The translations under genes were made by a program, and so were the position numbers. Source: a virus (taxonomy: Duplodnaviria; Caudoviricetes). From it: a stretch of 57,991 bases of DNA. The notes beneath the pieces are model-generated. The model saw nothing but the letters and a program-made list of their open reading frames with translations. It was not told where the DNA came from and made no database searches. The stretch is from positions 1 through 57,991 of the IMG/VR virus record IMGVR_UViG_3300046780_000140; one strand, written 5' to 3'. Below are positions 46,532-55,838 of this stretch, in pieces (position 1 is the stretch's first letter; every line of letters starts with the position of its first letter).

Positions 46532-48076
46532 TCATACTCTTAAGAGCTGAAAAGCGGAGGGCACGACGGCCCGTGCGCCAACTCTCCAGCTCCCAAACCA
46601 ACCTACCTCGCCAGTTGGCCGGCGATTTGCGCCAATGACCAAGGGATTATAGGCCACGGAAAATCCGATTCGATCGACGATGTAGTACCCCGCTTTGAAG
46701 TCCCCAAGGACGAGAACGTCGTCATTGGAGGCGGTGGCGGCGCTGAGCGAGTTCTGCATCGCGGACGCCTCGTTCATCGGGTAGCCGATCAACTTGGACG
46801 GGACCGCTCCACCGAAGTCGACCCAGAACGCGGACTGCGCCTGAGAGGGGCCGGTGGCGAGCGCCCGGAGGATGTTGATGATCCCCTTGGCGGCGATCCA
46901 CTGGGCGTTGGGACGGAACCGGGGACTCATGTTGGTGTCCACGGTGAACACGTCGATGGCGCCGATGGACCCGTTGGTCTGCGCCGAGGTGCGCGACGCG
47001 GTGACCAACTGGAGTTCGGTGACCACCCCGTACGGCTGGGTGGACCCAGTGCCCACGGCGAACGCTGCGCCTTCCAGCCGGTCGCGGGCGTCCGCGAACA
47101 GCATGGCGATGTCGGTTGCCAGGTTGGTGTCCTCGATCGTCTCGAACGACGCCTGCACGTACGCGTCGGCTCGGACGGGGGTGATGGACGGCTGGGTGAA
47201 CGTGGGGGACGCATCGGTCGCCTCGGCGGCCTCAGAAGTCCATTCCGCCGTGACGCCGGCAGAGGTGACACCCTTCCACGTCTGTGTCGTAATTGTCTTA
47301 ACAGTGGAGATGGACCGGATCGGATTGACAATTCCGGCATTGGTCATGAGGAGCGTGGGGTCGAGGAACGGCGGCACGATGGCCTGACCCGCGGAGATGG
47401 AACCCTCGTTGACGGCACGGTCGCGAGCCTCGGTGAAGTACCGGGCGTCGTCGCGGTCCACCATGTGCAAACCTTCGGGGCCTTGACGGAGGAACGCGGT
47501 GAACGCCCGCACGTACATGGGGTTGCCGTAGGTGAGGATGTGGTCGGCCACCTGGCGGTCACGGCGGGAGTTGTCGGCGTTGTCGATCAGCTTCTGCGCC
47601 GACTTCTTCCACTCCGGTTCCGCGCTGCGCCACGAGTCGATGGCGAACGAGGCCCGGTCCCGGTAGGACGCGCCGTCCTTCGGGTTCAACGGGTTCATGT
47701 TCGCCCGGTCGTAGATGTCGTCGGTCCCGGTGTTGCCGATGTTGAACGCGGCGCGGGCTTGGCCACTACCTGCGGCCCCGTCACCGGTCACGGCGACAGC
47801 CGAGGTGGCGAGGTTGGAGGAACGGATCTCGTTGAGGCGAAGGGCGCGGGCCTGAAGGGGTGCGGCCTCGTCCTCGAGGGTCTGGTGTTCGGCGGTGATG
47901 GTGTCGAACTCGGCGGTCCCGGCGTCCCATGCGGAACGCTGCGATTCGTCGAGGTCGCCGTCGACGGCACCGAGGGTCGCCATCTCCGACTGGAGGGCGG
48001 CGTGTCGGGTGCGGATCTCGGTCTGGCGGGCACGGATCTCTGCGAGTCGTGCGCCACCGGAAGGGGTGTCGGGCAT
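46532..48076 (-). CDS. Major capsid protein (HK97 fold, N-terminal delta domain)
   Basis: Coiled-coil N-term, AEWTSEA, GTGSTQPYGV, LIGYP, VLGDF..YYIVDRIG, WRVGA. Confidence 0.93.
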   Translation of the reverse strand: MPDTPSGGARLAEIRARQTEIRTRHAALQSEMATLGAVDGDLDESQRSAWDAGTAEFDTITAEHQTLEDEAAPLQARALRLNEIRSSNLATSAVAVTGDGAAGSGQARAAFNIGNTGTDDIYDRANMNPLNPKDGASYRDRASFAIDSWRSAEPEWKKSAQKLIDNADNSRRDRQVADHILTYGNPMYVRAFTAFLRQGPEGLHMVDRDDARYFTEARDRAVNEGSISAGQAIVPPFLDPTLLMTNAGIVNPIRSISTVKTITTQTWKGVTSAGVTAEWTSEAAEATDASPTFTQPSITPVRADAYVQASFETIEDTNLATDIAMLFADARDRLEGAAFAVGTGSTQPYGVVTELQLVTASRTSAQTNGSIGAIDVFTVDTNMSPRFRPNAQWIAAKGIINILRALATGPSQAQSAFWVDFGGAVPSKLIGYPMNEASAMQNSLSAATASNDDVLVLGDFKAGYYIVDRIGFSVAYNPLVIGANRRPTGEVGWFGSWRVGARAVVPSAFQLLRV

Positions 48077-48079
48077 GGG

Positions 48080-49222
48080 TCAGTTCCTTTCGGGAGTGAG
48101 GGTCGAGGTCGCCAGTTGCATGGCACGCACGCGGCGCTGGCGTTGCTCTTGTGTCGGTCCCGACAGGTGGCCCGTGTTGGCCGGCGTGTCGTTTGCCGCA
48201 GGGGTGCCCGTGGGGGCGGCGCCTGCGTCTGTTTGCTGTCCTACGATACCACCATTGTCACCGGAAGCGTTGGAATCCCCTTCGGTGTCGGATCGTGCGG
48301 TGGTGTTGAGGGTCAGTGGGGATCCGAGGATGCGGATCAGTTCCCGGCGGTCGTCGTCCCCGAGGCCGTGGATCGTGTCCACCAGTTCCTCCACGACAGG
48401 CATCCCGGAGCGCACCCCGACGATGGCCGCTTCATGGTTCACAGCGATGGGTGTCGGGCCGAAGTCGAACAGTTTCGCCTCGGAACGCACGATGCTGTCC
48501 ATTCCGTTGTAGCCGCCGCGGGTGCGCTGCGAGCGTCCGGGCATGAACTGAGCCCGGAACGACTGGGTTCGCATTTCACCGCTACGAATCGACTCCAAAA
48601 TCTCGTCGGCCAGCGGATTCTTGTTGTACCGGGTGACCGTGAGCAGTCCCTTGTTGTCGGGGCGAATCTCCAGGGGGAGTCCGAGTGGCATGGAGAACCG
48701 CTCGGATGGCGTCCCGTAGAGAGTCTTGCCGTGGTTGTAGAGGCAAACGACCTGCGCCATCCGCTCAGCGAGTGTCTTGTCGAAACATGACCTCTGGATG
48801 GTTTCCATGTAATGACCATCCATGTCCTGTACCTCATACGGGGCATCGAAGATCGCCGCGTAGGCGACCACCGTGCGACCGTCGCCACCGGAGCGGATGG
48901 AGATGTCGTCCAAGAGCACCGAGCGAACCGCCATGTTGGCTTGGTCGATGACCTCAGAGCGCATCTCGCCATCCTTCATGGACCCGTCCGAGTTCCAGGT
49001 GTCAGGGATCTTGTCCGACAATCCCAGTTCACCAGCTCGCTTGACGATGAACTTGCGGATGTCCTCATGGGACGCGCTCCCCCGCCCGACGGCGTGAATG
49101 GCCGACGTGAGGTCTTCGGCGTCCCCGATGGGGTAGGAGTAGGTGCCGTCGGCCTTCTTGAAGGCGTGGCCCTTCTCCCCGAGTGCCCGCAGTTCGGAAG
49201 CGGAGTACTTGTCAGCCATCAT
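48080..49222 (-). CDS. HK97-type prohead protease with extra N-terminal domain
   Basis: VVAYAAIFD, ETIQRSCFDKTL, LYNHG, QSFR; N-term GHAFKKADGTYSYPI...AIHAVGRG. Confidence 0.88.
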   Translation of the reverse strand: MMADKYSASELRALGEKGHAFKKADGTYSYPIGDAEDLTSAIHAVGRGSASHEDIRKFIVKRAGELGLSDKIPDTWNSDGSMKDGEMRSEVIDQANMAVRSVLLDDISIRSGGDGRTVVAYAAIFDAPYEVQDMDGHYMETIQRSCFDKTLAERMAQVVCLYNHGKTLYGTPSERFSMPLGLPLEIRPDNKGLLTVTRYNKNPLADEILESIRSGEMRTQSFRAQFMPGRSQRTRGGYNGMDSIVRSEAKLFDFGPTPIAVNHEAAIVGVRSGMPVVEELVDTIHGLGDDDRRELIRILGSPLTLNTTARSDTEGDSNASGDNGGIVGQQTDAGAAPTGTPAANDTPANTGHLSGPTQEQRQRRVRAMQLATSTLTPERN

Positions 49223-49484
49223 GGCCTCCTGAGATTTTGGTCAGTTCCATATCCCTGCCAAGCACCATCACCTTGCGATCAGCCCCGACGATCGCCGTCG
49301 CCTGTGCTTGGAGCCGTTCGATCTGCTCGGGGCCGACATGCACCAAACATCGAATGACGAGAACGTCATCCGGTTCGAGGTCGAGTTTCCCGACAACTAC
49401 CTCAAGATGGTTCACAACCACCTCTTGTCGGGTTGTGCCAGCGGATTGGAGCGGCCATGTCGGCCAACTGCCACCTCGGCTCAC
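49212..49484 (-). CDS. Hypothetical protein
   Basis: KLDLEPDDVLVIR; coupled ORF. Confidence 0.55.
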   Translation of the reverse strand: MSRGGSWPTWPLQSAGTTRQEVVVNHLEVVVGKLDLEPDDVLVIRCLVHVGPEQIERLQAQATAIVGADRKVMVLGRDMELTKISGGHDG

Positions 49485-49753
49485 CCCATACCTCCATCGT
49501 CAGGGTCGTCGGCGTCGGGTGCGCCGACAGCCGCCAGCAAGGCGTCAGACACCGTTTCGGCCGCCGTCAAAAGGGCCTGCGCCTGCCCGATGTTCCCCTC
49601 GTCCAAAGCGTCCCCGATGGCGTCGATGGCAGCGTCAACCGCCATCGCGAGGCCAGGGATCGAGTCGTCCATGTCGTCGGACTCAGGTGTGTACACCTGC
49701 GGTGCCCCGGCGTCCGGGTAGTGAACAATGAACGGTTGGCCCATGTCAGTCAT
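49481..49753 (-). CDS. Acidic hypothetical protein
   Basis: Helical acidic ORF with RBS-like upstream sequence. Confidence 0.6.
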   Translation of the reverse strand: MTDMGQPFIVHYPDAGAPQVYTPESDDMDDSIPGLAMAVDAAIDAIGDALDEGNIGQAQALLTAAETVSDALLAAVGAPDADDPDDGGMG

Positions 49754-49766
49754 TTGGTTGATCCCT

Positions 49767-50594
49767 TCATGCCAAGGCGAGTAGGAGAGCGAAAAGTTCG
49801 GTGTCGGTGATCGTGCCGTTTGCGTAAAGCGCCATCAGAACCAAATCCCCGTCAAGTTCAGGGATCGTGGGGGGAAGATCTTCTTCTGTCGGGACAATCG
49901 GCCGCTGTCCCGACTTGACGGGACGGGACTTGACGGGTGTGGCGACCTTGACCCGAGGGTGAGGCCAGGAAGGGGTGAAGTCCTGAGGGGCTTCCGACCA
50001 TCCTTGACGGCGGCGACGTTGGGGACGGCCACCGGGCGGGGTGGTGACCCCTGGCGTCCCCTCTACCGTCCCTGTGCCGTCCAAGGACAAGTTCCCTGTA
50101 CCTGAGGTCGGGACCACCAGTCCGGCGGTGCCCGTGGCGGTGAACGTGAGGGTTCCGGTACCAGAAGCGGGTACGGCGACCACGGCCAACCCGGTTCCAC
50201 TGAAAGTCAGGTGACCGGACCCGGAGGCGGCCACGACGACAAGAGGACCGGCGTACCCTGCGAAGGTGAGTGCACCGGACCCGGATGCTTGGACCCGCTC
50301 CCCGATGGTGGCGGCACCGTCGAAACGGAGAGGACCGGACCCGGCCGCGGGAACTTTGACGGTGGCGCTGGCAGTGCCAGACAGGTTCAGATGGCCGGTT
50401 CCCGCTGCCGGGACGACAACAGTGGCCGTGGCCGAGCCGCCAAAGGTCAGGAACCCTATGCCGGTCGCGGCTTCCACCACAATCGCTGCGGCAGTACCAG
50501 AAAAACCCAGGGTTCCAGCACCTGACATCGGGACTATTACGAGACCATTGCCCGCATAGTCCCCCCCACCATAGGATGCGCCACCGTGAGTCAA
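49767..50594 (-). CDS. Beta-repeat putative virion protein
   Basis: About eight ~21-aa repeats AxGxGxLxFxGxA...V. Confidence 0.65.
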   Translation of the reverse strand: MTHGGASYGGGDYAGNGLVIVPMSGAGTLGFSGTAAAIVVEAATGIGFLTFGGSATATVVVPAAGTGHLNLSGTASATVKVPAAGSGPLRFDGAATIGERVQASGSGALTFAGYAGPLVVVAASGSGHLTFSGTGLAVVAVPASGTGTLTFTATGTAGLVVPTSGTGNLSLDGTGTVEGTPGVTTPPGGRPQRRRRQGWSEAPQDFTPSWPHPRVKVATPVKSRPVKSGQRPIVPTEEDLPPTIPELDGDLVLMALYANGTITDTELFALLLALA

Positions 50595-50598
50595 TGAC

Positions 50599-51042
50599 TC
50601 ATCCTGTATCAGTGATAGTGGAACCGAGTCCCAGGACCAACCGGATCAAGGCGTTGCATTCCTTGGTGAGAAGTTGAACTTGTGCGACCACCTGTAGGTT
50701 CGTCGGGTTACCCAACGCCAGATAGTTGGCATTCGCAACAAGCGCGGCCGTTGCTCGCTGCTGCACCGTCACCAGATTCGCAGATAAGGCACTCTGCGCC
50801 GCGGCGGCGTTCTGTTCAAGGGCCAGAATAGGGGCGAGTGCCGCTGCGACGACGACACTCGTCGTTGGTGGAATGTCAGATATGATCTCAGTGATCCCCT
50901 GCCCCGTCAGTATGACCACAGGCAACGCTGACACTAGGGAGACAAACTCGGATGGCACCGTCGGCATCCATCCGCATCCCAATTGTGTCGCCCGAACAGG
51001 TCCGTTCACGGCATCGGGGTTGATGTAAAGAGTGCGGGCCAT
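50599..51042 (-). CDS. Hypothetical protein (possible fibre chaperone)
   Basis: Helical C-term YLALGNPTNLQVVAQVQLLT. Confidence 0.6.
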   Translation of the reverse strand: MARTLYINPDAVNGPVRATQLGCGWMPTVPSEFVSLVSALPVVILTGQGITEIISDIPPTTSVVVAAALAPILALEQNAAAAQSALSANLVTVQQRATAALVANANYLALGNPTNLQVVAQVQLLTKECNALIRLVLGLGSTITDTG

Positions 51043-51049
51043 GACGCTC

Positions 51050-52246
51050 CTAGTTGGGGATCAGGATGACAGAACCGTTGGAACCGTTGGAACCGTTGGC
51101 CCCAGTTGTCCCAACCTTTGCACCCCCAGAACCACCGTTAGCGTCAATAGTCTGCCCAGGGACGGCTCCACTCGCCACTGACGACGAGATGACAACGACC
51201 CAACCTCCGCCGCCCCCGCCGCCGCCGCCGGCCCCGAGCGTCGACAGGGAATATCCACCGCCGCCATCGCCGCCGCGCGCCCGTATCGCGCCAGTCCCGC
51301 TCATCGTCTTGGCGTACACCCCGACGCAACCTCCGCCGCCCCCGCCGCCGCCGCCGAAGTGCGTCCCGTCTCCACCACCGGCCCCTCCACTGCCTCCGCC
51401 TCCAAGGGCGTTCTGCGCTGCGCCAGTGTATGCCCCCAGTATGCCGATGCTGCCTGTCAGCGCCCCCGGTAGGCTGTGGAGGGAGCCTTGCGTTGCCGCA
51501 GCGGTCCCCAAGGCCCCCGCTGATCCGCCCCCGCCGCCTGCACCCGCTCCACCGCCACCGCCTGCACCTCCGACACATGGAAAGGTATTGGTGGCACTAG
51601 CACCGGCTCCCCCGGCCCCCGTGGCACCGGACCCACCGGACTGTCCACGGCCAGGGAAGGTGTTAACCGAACCACCAGCGCCAGGAACACCCGAGTTCGA
51701 CCCCGAACCCCCGTTACTGGAAATGGTGCCATTGTTGGTTAGAAGACCCTGACAAAACACTCGGAACTGAGCAGTATTTATGGTCACGCTACTATTGATT
51801 GTTCCCGCTGCGAGGAAAATATCGCGTGTGAGCGTGTACACCGATGAGGATGGGGCCATTCCAAGCAGTGTGGTGGACCCGTCAAAGGTTACCGTCCCGT
51901 CCGAGCCGTCCCCGAAGATCGCAAGGCCAGCTAGTCCGAAATCTCCCGAGGTCGCCCCATGAACCCAAATGGAGGATGTATGAGCCGGAGCTGCATTCGC
52001 CCCACCATTGGTCGCCTCGAAGTTGCGAACGACTGTCGCAGTTGTGGCCGCCGCCGTAAAGGCGGTCACTTGGATGATCTCCTCGTGGACGGTATCGGGT
52101 TCGACCACGATTACCGCATAATCAGGTGCCGTAATCGTCGGGAAGGCTGGAGTCGAGGTGAATGTTGCGGTCGTACCATTCAAGGTGAGAGTGATTGGAT
52201 TGACCACTCCGAAACTACTGATGTTATTGAATCGAAGCCGACTCAA
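51050..52246 (-). CDS. Glycine-rich putative virion fibre protein
   Basis: EEIIQVT..TVVRN.E.T...H N-term, FGDGSDG, long polyglycine tracts. Confidence 0.75.
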   Translation of the reverse strand: MSRLRFNNISSFGVVNPITLTLNGTTATFTSTPAFPTITAPDYAVIVVEPDTVHEEIIQVTAFTAAATTATVVRNFEATNGGANAAPAHTSSIWVHGATSGDFGLAGLAIFGDGSDGTVTFDGSTTLLGMAPSSSVYTLTRDIFLAAGTINSSVTINTAQFRVFCQGLLTNNGTISSNGGSGSNSGVPGAGGSVNTFPGRGQSGGSGATGAGGAGASATNTFPCVGGAGGGGGAGAGGGGGSAGALGTAAATQGSLHSLPGALTGSIGILGAYTGAAQNALGGGGSGGAGGGDGTHFGGGGGGGGGCVGVYAKTMSGTGAIRARGGDGGGGYSLSTLGAGGGGGGGGGWVVVISSSVASGAVPGQTIDANGGSGGAKVGTTGANGSNGSNGSVILIPN

Positions 52247-52603
52247 CTAGGACGCCGTGAACACGATGGCCCCGGACGCCACCGTGATCTGTGATGCGGC
52301 TGGGGGCACGATGGTTGAGTTGAGTGTCCCACCACGCTTGTATGTTCCGGATGAAGCCGCGGTCCACACGCCAAAATAGGTGTACGTCTGGCCACCCACC
52401 GCCGAAGCCCACAGTTGCGAAGTGTTCGACGCCTGTGACCCACCTGACGAGGCCGCAAACTGGATCGCCTGGCGGCCGTCCGTCCCCTCGGACGCCCCTG
52501 TGGTCCCCGGATCAGCGGTGTGCAAAGAGAGGTAGAAGTTCGTGGAGGTCGCCAGGATGGCGTTCTGTGCCAGGTCGGCCTGCGCTGAGGGGACATCGGG
52601 CAT
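52247..52603 (-). CDS. Small virion structural protein
   Basis: YLSLHTADPGTTGASE, YFGVWTAASSGT motif common in actinophage structural genes. Confidence 0.75.
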   Translation of the reverse strand: MPDVPSAQADLAQNAILATSTNFYLSLHTADPGTTGASEGTDGRQAIQFAASSGGSQASNTSQLWASAVGGQTYTYFGVWTAASSGTYKRGGTLNSTIVPPAASQITVASGAIVFTAS

Positions 52604-52604
52604 A

Positions 52605-55600
52605 TCAGTTCTCCTCGGTTTCCACGGTTACCGAACCGTCCGCTTGGCGTCGAGCCGTGGTACGTCGTTTCGCTGGCTTTCGGACGGGAACCGGGGGAGT
52701 TGGCGCGGGCGGCACGTTCACATGCACGTCGGCGGGGTGAACAGCAACGGCAGCAGGGGCCACATTCACGGTCGGACCCTCCACTGTCAGCGGGTTCGTG
52801 ACATTCACCTCGGCCGGTTCCACTGTCACGTTCACCTGAGCGGGTTCAACGGTCACATTCGGGGGTTGGACACTCACCTGAGCGGGTTCCACCGTTATTT
52901 GCGGTCCCTCCACCGTCAAATTGAGGGACTCGACCGTCACATTCGGCGGTTGCACGTCGATATTCGGCCCGTCGACATGAATATCGCTTCGCTCCACGAC
53001 CACCGAAGGCGGATTCACCGTCACATTCGACGTTCGGGCCGCCAAAGCCACCGCTGCACCCAAAAGGGCGAGAACTTGGTCATCGCGGCGCACCGCCTCC
53101 ACCTCTGAGCGTTGCGACATCTCAAACATGGCCGATTTGAACGTGTCTGCCGCTGTCGGAAGCGACAATTGTTCCGGTGCGGACGGAATAGCGGTACCCG
53201 TCGAGTCGGGACTGAGCGGCGGCACGTCCACGGTGTCCGAAAGGAGCCGGGAGTTCGTACCGGGAGTCTGAACCTGAATCGAGTAGACCCCGGTGTGCAC
53301 CAGAAGCGTCAGATCGTCGGCATTTACAGCCGCAACACACGATTCCGCCGTGAACCCAGCCATGAAAAGTTCCCGAATGGCCGTCGCATGCGCCGATTGA
53401 ATCGCCGCCTGGTCCTTCATGTCTTCGCGGAGGAAAGGTATGTCCCGAATGTCGTACCAGAGGCGTGCACCGCCGTGTGGCGGCGGCACTAGCACCTCAA
53501 GGGAGGCCGAAACATTGCTCCACAGGTCCGCCAGGGTGATGTCAGAGAACTGTCGACGGGCAGCGCTGTTACCCGTTATGGCAACAACCGGGCCTTGACG
53601 CATCACCCAAGTTCCGAGGCCAGTTTCAATGCACCAAACTGGGACAACCCCAGCAGGTGTCATCTTCAGGTATTTAGCGTCAAGTTTCGGCTTGCCGAGA
53701 TGGAAGGGCTTGCACCGTGCATTTGTGTGGTGGTGACGGACAGCATAACCACTGAGAGTGGCAGCCAGAGCAAACGCTTCGAACGTATCCCCTTCGTTCT
53801 GAGCGAATCCCCACCGATACCAGGGACCATAGTCCGCCTTGGGTTCAACTGTGCGATTATATGCACCCAACCATCCTTCAGCCAACATTCCAGCACGAAG
53901 AAAGGCGTCTCGTTGTGCATTTCCTAGGTCAAGAACGAACTCGGTCAGTGACCGCTTATCAAGGCGAGCACGATCCCACACATCTCGCATCCATTCGGGA
54001 GGCAAACTAAACCACCACACACCATCTGGTTTCATACCCGACGTGTATTCGACACCAGCATCCGCTAGATCGCCCAGCAATTCATCAAGATGGTTCTTCT
54101 GGAAGATACGACCTCGGAACCCGACCTTCGTGCCCTTGGCCTGCGAAGTACGCCCAGTCGAAACGGACCTCTCGATTGAGCCGTCCGTCACAAGCCAGCC
54201 AATGAGCGCCGCCTCAGGGGCGGTTATGGTCGCCAGGTTCGGAGTGTCCGCCTCAGCCGCCAACAAAAGATCGTGTCCTTCACGGAACAACCGCGTCTCA
54301 AGGCGATCCCAAGTTAAGGGTCCTTGTTTTGCTGCCCATGTTGGACGCATCGACTGCACGGGTCGGTCACTACGACCGCGCCACCTACCTATCCATGAGT
54401 GGTTCTCGGTGCATCGCACCTTGAAATCCTTATTACCGAACTCGACAATGGGCGCATCAAATAAGGGGGTGATCCCAGTGATGGGTGTCCACCTACACCG
54501 TTCATCTGTAGTGTCGTAACCAAGAACGGCATCGCCGACCTTGAGGTCCCAATATTTTCGCCATCCAGTGGATGTCAAGGCTTCAGTGTCTAGCGGAACA
54601 CAGAAGTTTCCAGCGTTCAAGGACGAACCTTGCAATCCTTCAGAGAGCCCGGCTACCGAAGGATGCACTCCAGCGGCGGCGGCAAGACGCACTTCACCCG
54701 CAGCGATGACTTTGGCGAAGTCCATCTGCTGCATATCTTTGCCAATGACCGTCACATCGGCGCCAGCGCCGAGATAGAGGGTCTGATAGGCGTTCGCTAG
54801 CCCTTGGTGCTGCTCGTCCATTTTCTCTTTGAACGCATTGAACTGGTTTATGTCCGTCGTCTGGAGTTTCACGGCGAGGTTCGGTGAGGCGCTGTTCTCC
54901 CAAAACTTCAACTTATGGGTCTGCGCAGCTTGATCCGCCTGAATCTCCCGAACAACCGGAGTCAACCAGGACATTCCCCGATAATTCGCCAACGGATCAG
55001 GGATAGGGGCGAAATGGGTGACCTCATCAGCCAGGAAGGCGACGGGCTTCACCCCTGAATTCTTTCCACCTTGGTAGTAAAGGTAGCCGACCTTCTCCAA
55101 ACCAACGGTTCCAGTATGCCCCGAGGTGTCGGTGTAACGACGGTCTGCAAGAAGAATGTCCACCCAGTCGGGCCGCATGACCACGATTTGACCGTCGATG
55201 AGCGTAATATAGGCGTTACCGGCGAAATCGGCGTGCAGGAGCATGATCGCCAACAAATCACCCGTCACGCCACCAGGCCACGGGCGCTCCAGAACCTCAA
55301 GGGACTGGGAAGCGAACAGCGTGGAGGGTCGGCCTTTGCTGAACGATTGGAACTGGAATCGAGCCTGCTTGAAAACCCGAATCCGAGTCATCGCCAAGGA
55401 GAAAATGATGCTGTTCGCTGAAAGGCCACCAAGAATGTAGCCCTCAAAGGAATTGGAGATGGATTCAGCCTTGCTTCCTGGCATCGTTGTCGAAACCGGA
55501 ACCGTATAGGTCTGGCCACCCGTCGAATACGTGAGCCAGTTTCCCAGCCCGAATGGATTCAGACCATTCCCCGCGTCGTAAAACGCCTCAGCGAGACTCG

Positions 55601-55643
55601 TCCGTTGCGACCTGGCCGGAACAAGCGCGTCGAGTAGCCTCAC
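52605..55643 (-). CDS. Portal protein (HK97-like) with intein and repetitive C-terminal extension
   Basis: LHADFAGNAYI, MRPDWV, DEVTHF..PDP..YRGMSWL; follows terL. Confidence 0.9.
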   Translation of the reverse strand: MRLLDALVPARSQRTSLAEAFYDAGNGLNPFGLGNWLTYSTGGQTYTVPVSTTMPGSKAESISNSFEGYILGGLSANSIIFSLAMTRIRVFKQARFQFQSFSKGRPSTLFASQSLEVLERPWPGGVTGDLLAIMLLHADFAGNAYITLIDGQIVVMRPDWVDILLADRRYTDTSGHTGTVGLEKVGYLYYQGGKNSGVKPVAFLADEVTHFAPIPDPLANYRGMSWLTPVVREIQADQAAQTHKLKFWENSASPNLAVKLQTTDINQFNAFKEKMDEQHQGLANAYQTLYLGAGADVTVIGKDMQQMDFAKVIAAGEVRLAAAAGVHPSVAGLSEGLQGSSLNAGNFCVPLDTEALTSTGWRKYWDLKVGDAVLGYDTTDERCRWTPITGITPLFDAPIVEFGNKDFKVRCTENHSWIGRWRGRSDRPVQSMRPTWAAKQGPLTWDRLETRLFREGHDLLLAAEADTPNLATITAPEAALIGWLVTDGSIERSVSTGRTSQAKGTKVGFRGRIFQKNHLDELLGDLADAGVEYTSGMKPDGVWWFSLPPEWMRDVWDRARLDKRSLTEFVLDLGNAQRDAFLRAGMLAEGWLGAYNRTVEPKADYGPWYRWGFAQNEGDTFEAFALAATLSGYAVRHHHTNARCKPFHLGKPKLDAKYLKMTPAGVVPVWCIETGLGTWVMRQGPVVAITGNSAARRQFSDITLADLWSNVSASLEVLVPPPHGGARLWYDIRDIPFLREDMKDQAAIQSAHATAIRELFMAGFTAESCVAAVNADDLTLLVHTGVYSIQVQTPGTNSRLLSDTVDVPPLSPDSTGTAIPSAPEQLSLPTAADTFKSAMFEMSQRSEVEAVRRDDQVLALLGAAVALAARTSNVTVNPPSVVVERSDIHVDGPNIDVQPPNVTVESLNLTVEGPQITVEPAQVSVQPPNVTVEPAQVNVTVEPAEVNVTNPLTVEGPTVNVAPAAVAVHPADVHVNVPPAPTPPVPVRKPAKRRTTARRQADGSVTVETEEN
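53568..54602 (-). mobile_element. 345-aa intein with LAGLIDADG-type endonuclease in portal
   Basis: NAGNF|CVPLDTEALTSTGW, RCTENHSW, LIGWLVTDGS, FLRAGMLAEG, VWCIET..TWVMRQ..AITGN|S. Confidence 0.92.
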
Positions 55644-55804
55644 TTAGCCTTCCCATCCGGCTTCGCCTGAAAATACAGGCCGAGGTAGGCGGCACCGATG
55701 GTTTCGACCCCGAGCATAATCAGACCGGCAGCGGGAAGGAGCCATCCGACACCTGCGGCGACCATCAGGGCGCCGACCACGGCGAGAACCACGAACCATG
55801 TCAT
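55640..55804 (-). CDS. 54-aa two-TM membrane protein (absent from ORF track)
   Basis: MTWFVVLAVVGALMVAAGVGWLLPAAGLIMLGV...; GAGG RBS; stop overlaps portal GTG. Confidence 0.75.
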   Translation of the reverse strand: MTWFVVLAVVGALMVAAGVGWLLPAAGLIMLGVETIGAAYLGLYFQAKPDGKAK

Positions 55805-55838
55805 CGGAACACCTCGATCTTCGCTAAGTACGGCATGG

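Noticed and set aside
42916-48790. Long plus-strand ORFs (379 aa, 441 aa and similar)
   Set aside because: High-GC antisense shadows of glycosyltransferase, capsid and protease genes; no motifs
51054-51752. Proline-rich plus-strand ORF
   Set aside because: Antisense of the Gly-rich gene (GGN codons read as NCC/CCN)
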